Positions 49,145 through 58,782 of a DNA stretch of 64,000 nucleotides are shown one piece after another. The notes below the pieces were generated by a model that worked only from the letters and a program-made list of their open reading frames with translations, ran no database searches and had not been told where the DNA came from. The translations under genes were made by a program, and so were the position numbers. Within the stretch, counting starts at the first letter, position 1. The number at the start of each line of letters is the position of its first letter. The stretch is from an uncultured delta proteobacterium. Its GTDB lineage: Bacteria > Myxococcota_A > Polyangia > Haliangiales > Haliangiaceae. Location of the stretch: assembly GCA_963848295.1 (NCBI GenBank), contig CAWKDB010000004.1, positions 192,001 to 256,000 on the forward strand, written 5' to 3'.

Positions 49145-49247
49145 GCAAGTTGACAAAAGAGACAGCGTCCCCAGAGAATACATTCAGTTTCGAGACCTTA
49201 CCGAGGCGGCTGCGCTAGCAAGTTGACAATAGAGACACCGTCCCCAG
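49145..49247. repeat. 30-bp direct repeat pair (49145-49174, 49218-49247) containing TTGACA
   Basis: GCAAGTTGACAAAAGAGACAGCGTCCCCAG vs GCAAGTTGACAATAGAGACACCGTCCCCAG; 2 mismatches, 43 nt apart. Confidence 0.9.
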
Positions 49248-50679
49248 CGTCATAGAGCTTGATGTAGCGCGAGGCGTAGAGGGTTGGCAGGTGGAGCTCG
49301 CGCGGCGGATCGCGGTGGAGGTTGACGATGACGCGGACGACGGCGTCGGCGGGGCGCACTGACTGCGCGAAGTCGGTCGCGAGCACGACGGTGAGGTTCG
49401 GTGGGATCGCGAAGTCGAAGTAGAAGTTCGTGATCGAGGTGCAGCGCGGCTCGCCACAGACCAAGATGACGCGGCGGTGGAGGTCGAGGACTTCGTGGCG
49501 GAGCTCGGCATACGCGGCCGCTTCGGGGTGACCGCGCCGGAGCTGGGTCATGACGGCGCGCACGTACGGCACGACGAGCAGCGCGACGACCGCGATGGCG
49601 ACGCCGAGCTTCGCGCGCATGGTCGGCCAGCGTTCGAGCGCGTTGTCGGTCGCGATCGCAGCGACCACGAGGATCGGTGGCAGGGCCTGGAGGGCCATGC
49701 GTTGCGAGATCGGCAACGGCGCGTACGCGGTGAGGCTGCTCGAGCCGAACCAGAACAGGCCGATCGTCGAGGCGGCGGCAACGACCCACAGTCGATCGCG
49801 ACCGCGCACGAGCCACGGCGACAGCGCGACCGGGATCAACGCGATCGAGAACATCGTGATGAACATCTGGAGCGGCTCGTAGGTGAGCCGGGCCAGCCAC
49901 GCCGATGCCGGCTTGCCGATCAGCGACCACGTGTGCTCGGTCGTCAGATCGTCGATGCCGTGAAACCGCGCGAGTGGGTCGCCCCAGACGCGGGCGCAGA
50001 TCACGAGGTAGGCCGCGGCAAGCACGACACCGAACGCGAGCGCCGCACCGTAGGTACGGGCGGTCGCTCGGGCGCCGTGGTCGAGGGCGTCGCGCACGAT
50101 CGCGTAGATCCACACGGGCGCGAGCCAGATCGCCGATTCCTTGACGAGGAACGCGGCGAACCACGCGCCGACGGCCGCGACGAGCCAGGACGCGCCGCGT
50201 GGGCGATCGCGCCGCGAGAGCCACAGCAGCGACGCCGCCATCAACGTCGCGCACGGGAGATCACAGCCGAGCACGGTCGCGAGGTGGAGGAGCGGCGTGC
50301 ACACGATGCACAAGGTCAAACCGATCAGCTTCGCGCGCGGCGTCGGTGCGGCGGCATAGACCACGAGCAGCACGCCGAGCCCGGCGAGCAAGACCGGCAG
50401 GTCGCTGACAAACCGCGAGACGCCGAACAGCTTGTAGAACAACGCGAGTGGCAGCGTCAGGCCGACTCGCATCAAGAACGGATGCGTCGCCGGCGCCGCG
50501 AACACGCGGCCCGGGTCGATGGCGATGTCGTGCGCGACCTTCGCGTACCACAGGGGGTCGGCGACCACCATGTCGTTCTGGCCGATGACGAGCACCGCCG
50601 CTTCGACCACGAGTGCGAGCGCGAGCGCGATCCACGGACGCTCGACGAGCACGCGGATGGCAGCGGACATCGTGCGCAC
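49198..50679 (-). CDS. GT-C (ArnT/PMT-like, GT39-type) membrane glycosyltransferase
   Basis: DPLWYAKVA first-loop motif, many TM helices, FLVKESA, QRMALQALPP. Confidence 0.75.
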   Translation of the reverse strand: MRTMSAAIRVLVERPWIALALALVVEAAVLVIGQNDMVVADPLWYAKVAHDIAIDPGRVFAAPATHPFLMRVGLTLPLALFYKLFGVSRFVSDLPVLLAGLGVLLVVYAAAPTPRAKLIGLTLCIVCTPLLHLATVLGCDLPCATLMAASLLWLSRRDRPRGASWLVAAVGAWFAAFLVKESAIWLAPVWIYAIVRDALDHGARATARTYGAALAFGVVLAAAYLVICARVWGDPLARFHGIDDLTTEHTWSLIGKPASAWLARLTYEPLQMFITMFSIALIPVALSPWLVRGRDRLWVVAAASTIGLFWFGSSSLTAYAPLPISQRMALQALPPILVVAAIATDNALERWPTMRAKLGVAIAVVALLVVPYVRAVMTQLRRGHPEAAAYAELRHEVLDLHRRVILVCGEPRCTSITNFYFDFAIPPNLTVVLATDFAQSVRPADAVVRVIVNLHRDPPRELHLPTLYASRYIKLYDAGDGVSIVNLLAQPPR

Positions 50680-50759
50680 CCTACGATCTCGCCCACCACC
50701 CGCGCCAGGAACAATCGCAGGACAGTGATGCCGGCCCAGCGGAGCTGGTAGAACGGCGC

Positions 50760-51542
50760 ATGGAGCGCCGCGCGTGGCTCGTGGTTATCGGGGTCGCTGC
50801 GATCGCGAGTCTCGCGATCGCAGCGATCGTCAAGAGCTCTTCGAGCCGCAGCTGTCCGTCGGAGATGGTTCGCGTGCCGGTGGGCTCGGCCACGGCGGCG
50901 GGCTTTTGCATCGACCGCACCGAAGTGACGGTAGCGGCCTACGCGCGGTGCGTCGCGGCGAAGGGCTGCGAGCCAGCGCCGTCGACCGTGAACGCGTCGT
51001 GGAGCCACGGCGACGAAGCGGTCGCGTGGAGCCAGTTCTGCGACGGCGATCGCGACGACCTCCGCGACCACCCGGTGAACTGCGTGGACTGGACCGACGC
51101 CGCGACGTTTTGCGAGTGGGCCGGCAAAAGGTTGCCGACCGAAGCCGAGTGGGAGCATGCCGCGCGCGGAGATGACGGCCGGATGTATCCATGGGGAGAC
51201 GCCGCGCCGAGTGCGGAGCGGTTGAACGCGTGCGGCGACGAGTGCGTTGCGCTGGTCTCTCGCGTCGTCGCCCAGACGTGGACGGGGATGTATGCCGGTG
51301 ACGATGGCGCGGCGTCATCCGCACCGGTGGGAAGCTATCCCGCTGGGGCGAGCCCGTTCGGCGCGCTCGATATGGCGGGAAACGTCTGGGAGTGGGTCGC
51401 GGATCGACACGGCGATGCGCATGTCTACAAGGGCGGCGGCTGGCTCACGACCGATGTCGAGAACGTGCGCGCCGGGAACCGCAAGCTCGATACCGCGGCG
51501 CTGCGGCTCAACACGCTCGGCTTCCGCTGCGCCCGCCGCTGA
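50760..51542 (+). CDS. FGE-sulfatase (SUMF1/EgtB/PvdO) domain protein, membrane-anchored
   Basis: FCIDRTEVT, HPVNCVDW.DA..FC, RLPTEAEWE.AARG, YPWG, DMAGNVWEW, GFRCA. Confidence 0.9.
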   Translation: MERRAWLVVIGVAAIASLAIAAIVKSSSSRSCPSEMVRVPVGSATAAGFCIDRTEVTVAAYARCVAAKGCEPAPSTVNASWSHGDEAVAWSQFCDGDRDDLRDHPVNCVDWTDAATFCEWAGKRLPTEAEWEHAARGDDGRMYPWGDAAPSAERLNACGDECVALVSRVVAQTWTGMYAGDDGAASSAPVGSYPAGASPFGALDMAGNVWEWVADRHGDAHVYKGGGWLTTDVENVRAGNRKLDTAALRLNTLGFRCARR

Positions 51543-51594
51543 TGGCACGGACTATTTGATGACCGCCACGATCGGGCGAGCTATCGACATGGCC

Positions 51595-51879
51595 ATGAAA
51601 AAGCTCCTCGCCTCTACCGGATTTCTCGCCGTCGTCGGCACCGCGACCCTCGCGTACGCGTCGCCGACGCTGCGCTACTACAACGAAGACTCCAAGGACT
51701 ACACCTGGAAGGCGACGTGCTCGGGCAGCGAGTACGAGGTCACGTTCGACCACAGCAAGACGTCATCCGTGACGATCCAAGGGTCCACGCCGTGCACGCT
51801 CCACACGCCGTCGGGCGACGTCAAGATCACCGGCGATGCGAAGGTCCACATCAAGGACGGCAAGCTCACGCTCGAGTAG
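51595..51879 (+). CDS. Small secreted protein
   Basis: Signal MKKLLA..LAYA; typical codon usage. Confidence 0.7.
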   Translation: MKKLLASTGFLAVVGTATLAYASPTLRYYNEDSKDYTWKATCSGSEYEVTFDHSKTSSVTIQGSTPCTLHTPSGDVKITGDAKVHIKDGKLTLE

Positions 51880-52035
51880 CGCGCGGCGTGGCCAGACCGC
51901 GCGGTGGGCGTCTGGGAACGCACACTCGCTGCGAAAGCTCCCGGGTTCCCCCTGCTTACAGCTCGTGACCCGCGCGGGGCTGGTCGCCGCGCCGTTCGGT
52001 GTCGCTGAGCATGGCCGTTGCAACGCGAGGGCAGC

Positions 52036-52566
52036 ATGAAACACTTCACCTTCGTCACAGCCCTCGTGCTCGCAGCTTCCACCTTTGCCTACGCGGACAC
52101 GCCGAAGAACGCCAAGCTGAGCGAGTCGGACCGATCCGTCGTCAGCGAGCTCCATCACGCAAATCAGACCGAGGTCGACTTGGGAAAGTACGCGCTCTCG
52201 CACGGCACGAAGACCGTGAAGAGCTACGCCACCATGATGGTGAAGGATCATTCCGCGAACGATACGAAGCTCGTCGCGATGGCGAAGAAGCACGGGATCA
52301 TGACGATTCCTGCGCCGCCGATCAACCAAGACGAGATAGCCAGCATGAGGAAGCTCGAGGACCTGACCGGCACTAACTTCGATCGCGCCTATATCGACGC
52401 GATGGTCCAGGACCACGAGCAGGACATCAAGATGGTGTCCGATGCGATCGCCACGGTCTCCGACGCCGACCTCAAGGCGCACCTCACCGCCACGAAGCCC
52501 GTGCTCGAGCATCACCTCGACAGCGCGAAGGCTCTACAAAGAAACGAGACCCAGGCCCGGCGCTAA
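52036..52566 (+). CDS. DUF4142 domain secreted protein
   Basis: EVDLGKYA..VKSYATMMVKDHS..FDRAYIDAMVQDH..PVLEHHLDSAKAL. Confidence 0.88.
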   Translation: MKHFTFVTALVLAASTFAYADTPKNAKLSESDRSVVSELHHANQTEVDLGKYALSHGTKTVKSYATMMVKDHSANDTKLVAMAKKHGIMTIPAPPINQDEIASMRKLEDLTGTNFDRAYIDAMVQDHEQDIKMVSDAIATVSDADLKAHLTATKPVLEHHLDSAKALQRNETQARR

Positions 52567-52569
52567 CGC

Positions 52570-53493
52570 TCACGGCCATGGCGGGGCGGCGAACCGCTTG
52601 ACGACGGCGCCCTTGTCGTCGATCAGCGCGCTATCGCCGGCGAAGGCGGGGGTCGTGCTCTGGGCGACGATCACGAACAGCCCGCCGTGGATCGGGTACA
52701 CCTCGAACGCGGGCTCATCGGTGGTGTTCGCCCGGGTGAACCTCTTCAGCGGGATGCGCTTGATTCGCTTGCCGGTCGTGATGTCCTCGAACAGCAAGCC
52801 GGGCTCGCCTTGTTCGCGCGCGGTCTCGTTGAACTGCCACACGTTGCCGGCGACTTGATGGTTGTCCTCATCGTTGGCCGATGGTGTGTCGTCGCTGACC
52901 CTGGCGATCTTCTTCCCGGTGCGCGCGCTGTACAGCGTGCCGCCGCACGGGGCGGCACACGACGCCTGTACGAACACGGTCTCGCCGAGCACCTGCATGA
53001 TGTCGCCGTACGCCCGCAGCGTGGCGAGTTGCTTGCCGGTCGCGACATCGAACGTGATGATGTTCGGCTGGTTCTCGTGCGGTAGCGACTTCTGCACCGC
53101 CACGATCGAGCGCGCCGCGTTCGTAGCGACCGGGCCATACATCTCGGGATGAGGAACCGCGATCGACTTGCACGGCGACGGCTTGGCGGTGGCGCACACG
53201 TCCACGCCGGTGGCGGTCTTGACCGCGCCAGGCGGTGGCTCGTCCGGAAAGCTCTGCGCCTGCTTCGCGACGATCGGCACCGACGCGGACTTGCCGCTCG
53301 CGAAGTCGATGTGCCAGCAATCCGCGGTCGGTTGGTCGATGGTCTTGCCCGCGCTACCGAGTACCCATTCGAACGCGTAGCGGCACAGGGTGGCGCCGTG
53401 ATCGTCGAGCGCCAAGTGCGAGACTCGCGCGTCGGCGCGCGCCTGCGCAGCAAGCCCGATCGTCGCGACCACCACGAAGGCGCGCACCATCAC
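52570..53493 (-). CDS. Secreted hypothetical protein (beta-rich)
   Basis: Signal peptide ending ARA; repeated D..TGK motifs. Confidence 0.65.
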   Translation of the reverse strand: MMVRAFVVVATIGLAAQARADARVSHLALDDHGATLCRYAFEWVLGSAGKTIDQPTADCWHIDFASGKSASVPIVAKQAQSFPDEPPPGAVKTATGVDVCATAKPSPCKSIAVPHPEMYGPVATNAARSIVAVQKSLPHENQPNIITFDVATGKQLATLRAYGDIMQVLGETVFVQASCAAPCGGTLYSARTGKKIARVSDDTPSANDEDNHQVAGNVWQFNETAREQGEPGLLFEDITTGKRIKRIPLKRFTRANTTDEPAFEVYPIHGGLFVIVAQSTTPAFAGDSALIDDKGAVVKRFAAPPWP

Positions 53494-53529
53494 GTGACAA
53501 TAGCAGACCGGTCACGCCGGTCGGGACCC

Positions 53530-54000
53530 TTACCGCGCCTCGGTGACCCGGGTCCAGACCGCGCTTTGATCGCCGTCGTAGATGGTCTCGTCGCGCTGCG
53601 AGAATCTGAACTTGTAACGGCCCAGGATCGTACCGCGGATCTTCCGGCTCTCGATCTGCGTGCACGTGATCACGATCGGTTCGCCGATCGTACCCATCTT
53701 GCGGAACCGCGCGTCGTGGATGTGCGTGCCGTAGCCGATCCAGCCATCCGCATGGCGCATCCCCAAGATGAAATACGCGTGCGCGAACCCCATGATGCCG
53801 GTCGCGTGAATCATCAGGCCACCCGAAACGTGGCGAGGATGACGCTCGGGGTGGGCGCGCTGGTCGCGCGTGATCGGCAGATCCTCGCGGGTCGGCATCC
53901 GCGCGGTGATCGAGCTCGTCGCGTGATCGATCGCGAGGATGTCGTCGATCAGCGGATCGACATACGGACAGTCATTGACGAAGTCAGCATCGAGCGCCAC
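53530..54000 (-). CDS. Hotdog-fold protein (thioesterase/dehydratase-like)
   Basis: PYVDPLIDDIL..ITARM, HVSGGLMIH, ARFRKM..GEPIVI; FabZ-like size and pattern. Confidence 0.55.
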   Translation of the reverse strand: MALDADFVNDCPYVDPLIDDILAIDHATSSITARMPTREDLPITRDQRAHPERHPRHVSGGLMIHATGIMGFAHAYFILGMRHADGWIGYGTHIHDARFRKMGTIGEPIVITCTQIESRKIRGTILGRYKFRFSQRDETIYDGDQSAVWTRVTEAR

Positions 54001-54215
54001 GCGCGACGTGTAGCACGCCGATCACGGCTCCGGGCAGCGACCGAGGCGACAGTGTTCGAGGTGGTCCGGCCGCTGTCACAGATGTGATCGACGAGCTGAG
54101 CAACGCACTCCCACCTGTCGAGCGATCACTCCCATGGCTTCTCGAGTAGCCAACGCAGAACACAGATAGTTGGCCGACGTCGACCGTGGTGCACTGATTG
54201 CACTCCGAGCGCGTG

Positions 54216-55925
54216 ATGAAGACTCTGCATTACATCGTGTCATGCGTGGCGATCGCGAGCTCGCTTTCGATCGCGGGCTGCATCGACGAGACCGAATCGA
54301 GCTCGACCGACGCAGTCGCCGTCACGCACAAATGGGATCTCGCGAGCCAGATGCCCGATCACCTCGCGATCATGTACTCGATGAGTTGGTTCGGAATTCC
54401 GTCGAGCGATCATCAAGGCCCGGGTCCCGATCCCGGATGGGGAAACACCGAGTGGAACGGCAACAACGCAAACGCGTGCACCACGTGCGTGCTGCGAGGC
54501 GCCGACAATGTCTGCCTCGAAACCGGCGCACCACAGCGCGACACCGCGTCTCGCCGGCGGATGATCGCGGGGATCTATTCGGCGAGCGCGCTCGATGCCG
54601 AGGGCAAGGCCCGCACCGACCTCATGCTGTCGCAACTACGCCGACCGTGTGACGACGGCGCAAAGCTCGACGCGTGGTCGGTCCAGCTCGCGGGCACACA
54701 CGGCTCGCCGGCACATCCCGGGAACCCACAGAGCACGACCGGCAGGATCGCGTACCACGCGCTGGTCGGCTTCCTCGACCAGGCGGACGCCGCTGGCATG
54801 ACCGACGTCATCGCGCCCGGCGACGACACGAGCTGGTACTTCGGATTCGGCGGCGCGATCGGGTTGCCCAATTGCAGCTCGACCGGCAAGGCGGCGTGCA
54901 TGACCGCGCTCAAGCAGGACCTCGTCGACATGGTGGACCTGTCGTTGCAGCACCCGTCGGCGCTCAAGCTCGCGGGCAAGCCGGTCGTCACGATCTACTT
55001 CCGGCCGTCGGATCTGACCTCGGCGCAGTGGATGACCATCGTCAACAACGCGCGCGGCGCGAGCGGGCACGACTTCTACGTGATCGCGATGGTGCAGGGG
55101 GTCGGTCACGCCGACTATTTCAACGCGTTCGACGGGATGATGCCGTGGCTCCAACAAGGCGACCTGTGGAACAAGGGCAGCTCCGGTTCGACCGTGCGCG
55201 CGCACGCCGCGAGCTGGGCGGCCAAGCTCCACGATCCACTCTTTGCTGCCTTGCCGAGCTATCCCGGCCGCGTCGTGTTCGGCGGGATGACGCCGGGGTT
55301 CGACGATTACACGATGAGCTGGGGTGGTCACGTCGAGCGCCAATTACCGACCGGCGACCCGCGCGATCCGCAGCTCTTGCTCGGCGAGTTCGACTATTTC
55401 AAGTCGAAGAACATGAAGGGCGTGATCGGCGAGACGTGGGATGACTGGACCGAAGGCTCGCATTTCGAGCCGGACGTCGTCGGCGGCGCGGCCTTGCTCG
55501 TGGAGATGCGCCAACAGCTCGCGGGCCTGTTCGGCGAACCACAGGATCCCGCCGGCGACACCAGGCTCTCGACCCAGTGGTCATCGTACGGTCAGACCCG
55601 CAACTGTACGGGCAACACGCACGGCACGCCTCCCGTCACCGAGCTCACCTGTCCGGGGGCGGCCGTCACGATCCAGTCCCCCACCTCGGGCTCGACGGTC
55701 TCGAATCCCGTCGCGGTCAAGGCGAAATACTCTGGGACGCTAACGCCGAATCACTTCGAGGTCTGGCATGACGGCACCAAGCTCGGCAACGTCCCGGTTG
55801 CCGCCGGCGACACGATGAGCGCGAGTTATTCGATCGCCGCCGGCACGCACGTCCTGACCGTCCTGGCCGTCGATAGCGAAGGTCACGTCATCAAGAGCGT
55901 ACCGTTGACGTTCAGCACGAGATAG
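54216..55925 (+). CDS. GH99/GH71-like glycoside hydrolase lipoprotein with C-terminal Ig-like domain
   Basis: Lipobox IAGC; YSMSWFG, GKPVVTIY, TPGFDD, TWDDWTEGSHFEP; VTIQSPTSG..GTHVLTVLAVD. Confidence 0.7.
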   Translation: MKTLHYIVSCVAIASSLSIAGCIDETESSSTDAVAVTHKWDLASQMPDHLAIMYSMSWFGIPSSDHQGPGPDPGWGNTEWNGNNANACTTCVLRGADNVCLETGAPQRDTASRRRMIAGIYSASALDAEGKARTDLMLSQLRRPCDDGAKLDAWSVQLAGTHGSPAHPGNPQSTTGRIAYHALVGFLDQADAAGMTDVIAPGDDTSWYFGFGGAIGLPNCSSTGKAACMTALKQDLVDMVDLSLQHPSALKLAGKPVVTIYFRPSDLTSAQWMTIVNNARGASGHDFYVIAMVQGVGHADYFNAFDGMMPWLQQGDLWNKGSSGSTVRAHAASWAAKLHDPLFAALPSYPGRVVFGGMTPGFDDYTMSWGGHVERQLPTGDPRDPQLLLGEFDYFKSKNMKGVIGETWDDWTEGSHFEPDVVGGAALLVEMRQQLAGLFGEPQDPAGDTRLSTQWSSYGQTRNCTGNTHGTPPVTELTCPGAAVTIQSPTSGSTVSNPVAVKAKYSGTLTPNHFEVWHDGTKLGNVPVAAGDTMSASYSIAAGTHVLTVLAVDSEGHVIKSVPLTFSTR

Positions 55926-57069
55926 ATCGCGGGGCGGCCTGCGTCTCGTCTGGCGCGGGTTGCCTTGGCAGCTCGATCGTGAACGTAGAGCCGGCGTTGG
56001 GTCGACTCTCGACGCTGATCGTCCCGCGGTGCGCTTCGACGAGGCCGCGCACGATGTAGAGCCCGAGGCCGAGCCCGGCATAAGGGCGCGTCGACACCGC
56101 TCGCTCGTCGCGGCGAGAGATCCGCTCTGCGTCTGCCGGAGCGATGCCGATGCCGTGATCCGTCACGATCAGCCGCGCGTTCGCTCCGTCCGCGGTCACC
56201 GCGATCTCGATCGGCTTGCCAGCGCCGAGCTTGAAGGCGTTCGTCAGGAGATTCGTCACGATCTGGTCGAGGCGTCGCCGATCCCAGCTCCCGACGACCG
56301 GCTCGCGCGCGATCAGCTCGACGGTGCAACGCGCCTTGGCAGCGGCATCCGCGAACCGCTCGATGCTCTCGCGCGCGAGCGCCGCGAGGTCGGTGTCCTC
56401 GCGCTTGAGGCTCAACCGCCCGGCGGTGATCCGCGAGACGTCGAGCAACTCGGTGATGAGCCGCGACAGCCGGTCGACCTGTCGCGCCGCGACCTCGAGC
56501 TTTTTCTTCAGCTGCGGGGGCGACACGACCGCCGTCGGGTCACGCCGTGGCGGCTCCAGTAGCATCTCGATCTCCAGTTGCAGGGCCGACAGCGGCGTAC
56601 GCAGCTCGTGCGAGGCGACCGATAGGAGCTCGTCGCGCCCACGGATCGCATCGACCGCCTCGCGATGCAAGTGCTCGTGCTCGAGCCGCGCCCGAGTGAC
56701 CTCGGTGACGTCGCGTGCGATCCACGCGATGCGGCCGCCATCGACGCGAATGAGCTGGAGCGACACGTCGACCGGGCCCGCACGCGGGTCGCGGCGGCGG
56801 AGCTTGGTCGACGTCGTCATCGCGGTCTTCGTACCGGCGATCAGCGGGGCGAGGAGCTCGCGAACACCGGCTTCGTCGTGCTCGGCCGTGAAGTCGATCG
56901 GCTGCATCTGCAACAGCTCGTCCCGCGGGTAGCCGAGCAAGGTGCTCGCCCCGCGGTTCACGTAGACGACGCGCCCATCGTCCGGATCGAAGATCAGGAC
57001 CGCATCGAGCACCGCGTCCAGCACCGCACCGAGCATTCCCTCGAGCGGCTGGTCGTCGGTGGGCGGCAC
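55912..57069 (-). CDS. PAS-domain sensor histidine kinase (start uncertain)
   Basis: PAS (YVNRGASTLLGY), H-box ASHELRTPL, NLLTNA, DHGIGI, GLGLGL. Confidence 0.9.
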   Translation of the reverse strand: MPPTDDQPLEGMLGAVLDAVLDAVLIFDPDDGRVVYVNRGASTLLGYPRDELLQMQPIDFTAEHDEAGVRELLAPLIAGTKTAMTTSTKLRRRDPRAGPVDVSLQLIRVDGGRIAWIARDVTEVTRARLEHEHLHREAVDAIRGRDELLSVASHELRTPLSALQLEIEMLLEPPRRDPTAVVSPPQLKKKLEVAARQVDRLSRLITELLDVSRITAGRLSLKREDTDLAALARESIERFADAAAKARCTVELIAREPVVGSWDRRRLDQIVTNLLTNAFKLGAGKPIEIAVTADGANARLIVTDHGIGIAPADAERISRRDERAVSTRPYAGLGLGLYIVRGLVEAHRGTISVESRPNAGSTFTIELPRQPAPDETQAAPRSISC

Positions 57070-57104
57070 GTCACGATTCGGTGCAATCCGACGGCCATTT
57101 CTAC

Positions 57105-57470
57105 TCACGACGCGTGCGCCGGACACCTCGCGGCCACGAAGTCGAGCAATGCCTCCTTGTCGAGAGGCTTCGTGAAGATCGGATAGCCCCGGGGAGCGAG
57201 GCACGGAGAGCCGGTGATGATCGCCACGGGTGTGTCAGTAACGCGCGGCTCTCGCTTCATGTAGTCGAGCAGCTCGTGACCGACGATGCCCGGCATCAGT
57301 AGATCGACGAGAATGACGCAGGGCAGCGCACCGTCTTCCAGCAAGTTGATCGCGTCCGCGCCGTTGCCCGCGAGCACGACATCATAACCTTCTCGCGACA
57401 ATAGCTCGTCGAGCGCCGCCTGAACGGCGACGTCATCCTCGACGACGAGCACCTGGCCACGATCGACCAT
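57105..57470 (-). CDS. Single-domain response regulator
   Basis: VLVVEDD, VDLLMP, IITG, FTKP. Confidence 0.88.
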   Translation of the reverse strand: MVDRGQVLVVEDDVAVQAALDELLSREGYDVVLAGNGADAINLLEDGALPCVILVDLLMPGIVGHELLDYMKREPRVTDTPVAIITGSPCLAPRGYPIFTKPLDKEALLDFVAARCPAHAS

Positions 57471-57482
57471 GCTGATTCTCCG

Positions 57483-57498
57483 TGCACCACACGTGCCG
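57483..57498 (-). promoter_or_regulatory. Possible sigma-54 promoter
   Basis: CGGCACGTGTGGTGCA on the minus strand, GG-N10-GC, just upstream of the receiver gene. Confidence 0.35.
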
Positions 57499-57529
57499 CC
57501 CTTTATGACGCGATTCGTCGTCGGTCCGC

Positions 57530-57775
57530 TCAGCCCGAACCGGTGGCGCGAGTCGCCTGCCGGTAGAACACCGTGATCGCGATGCAGTGAAACGCCGCGT
57601 CGCTCGACTGCGTCACCGTGATGTCGGTGAGCTGGACGTTCGCGTTTGCGGCGATCCAATCGGAAACGACTTCGCCGAGACGAGATCGCTGCTCGAACAT
57701 CGTCGCCGAGAACACCTTCACCGAGTTGAATTGAACGTCTGGGTGCAGAACCAAGTTCCCCGACACTGCGCTCAT
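57530..57775 (-). CDS. Small conserved myxobacterial-type protein
   Basis: FNSVKVFSATM..RLGEVVSDWI..VTQSSDAAFHCIAITVFY pattern recalled from Myxococcota small proteins. Confidence 0.75.
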   Translation of the reverse strand: MSAVSGNLVLHPDVQFNSVKVFSATMFEQRSRLGEVVSDWIAANANVQLTDITVTQSSDAAFHCIAITVFYRQATRATGSG

Positions 57776-57855
57776 CCGCTAATGGTAGCGCGCCGCGCGT
57801 GCTAACCAACCATGCGGCACCGCGATTCGCTCGGCTGAAATACGCCAACCGCGCT

Positions 57856-58653
57856 TCAAAAGAACCGCAGGAGCCGGCGCAGCCTCGAGCGCAGCAGGTC
57901 GTTCGGATCGGTCCCGAAGGCACCCCACATCAGCCATCCCGCCTGCACCGGATTGCGGATCTCGCCGGCGCCGACCTGCGTGACCTCGGTCGTGTCGGGA
58001 TCGACCCACGTCCCGAACAGCCGATCCCAGACCGAGAACACGACGCCGTAGTTCGCGTTGTAGTGCTCGGGCGCCGCGCTGTGATGGATGTAATGCGAGC
58101 GCGGCGTGACCAGCACGGACTCGAGCCAGTTCGATCGCCACCTGAAGTTCATGTGCATCCAGTGGTTGGTCAGGATGTTGAGGAACAGCAGCCCGGTGAA
58201 CACACTCCGTGGCGCATCGAACACGAGCGGCGCCCACAGGATGTAGGGCAGGTTCGATAACGTCTGCTGCCAGATCGTGCTGCGCACGCCGGCGAGCCAG
58301 TACATCTGCGTCGTGGAGTGGTGGAAGTGATGCACGCGCCACAAGTGCTTCGTGTGGGTGAGCCGGTGCATCCAGTAGCCGCCGAAGTCGCCGACGATGT
58401 AGTACGCGACGACGCGCACCGGCAACGGAATCGACAGCAAGAGCTTCGCCGGCTTGAACGACAAAGGGATGTGCGAGCGCAGGACGTACGCCCAGTACAC
58501 GACGATGAACTGGTAGAAGAAGAACGCCGCGATATCGAGCACCAGCGCGTCACCGGCCCAGTAATTGAGCTTGCGCGCGGGTCGTACGAGCTCGAGCACG
58601 GTCGCGATGAGGCCGAGGCCGAAGTACATGATCCAGAACTTCAGCGGCGGCAC
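57856..58653 (-). CDS. Sterol desaturase / fatty acid hydroxylase family protein
   Basis: His boxes YWMHRLTH, VHHFHHS, HYIHH; NYG..FSVWDRLFGT. Confidence 0.92.
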   Translation of the reverse strand: MPPLKFWIMYFGLGLIATVLELVRPARKLNYWAGDALVLDIAAFFFYQFIVVYWAYVLRSHIPLSFKPAKLLLSIPLPVRVVAYYIVGDFGGYWMHRLTHTKHLWRVHHFHHSTTQMYWLAGVRSTIWQQTLSNLPYILWAPLVFDAPRSVFTGLLFLNILTNHWMHMNFRWRSNWLESVLVTPRSHYIHHSAAPEHYNANYGVVFSVWDRLFGTWVDPDTTEVTQVGAGEIRNPVQAGWLMWGAFGTDPNDLLRSRLRRLLRFF

Positions 58654-58782
58654 GACGGGGATGTTGCCAGGCGTGGCCGCCCGATGGAACCCTCAGATTT
58701 TCGAGGGCGCGCAGACCACGACGTGTCGGGGCGCTGAGCCTTGCGAGCCGGTGGCACGATCTATGATCGCCAAACCCGGCGG

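Noticed and set aside
49145..49247. CRISPR array (30-nt repeat, 43-nt spacer)
   Set aside because: Only two copies, one inside a CDS; no cas genes or leader; the repeat looks like a promoter/operator.
50760..51542. True formylglycine-generating enzyme activating the sulfatase at 3349
   Set aside because: It lacks the catalytic Cys pair after the KGG motif, lies ~45 kb away, and the sulfatase lacks the target motif.
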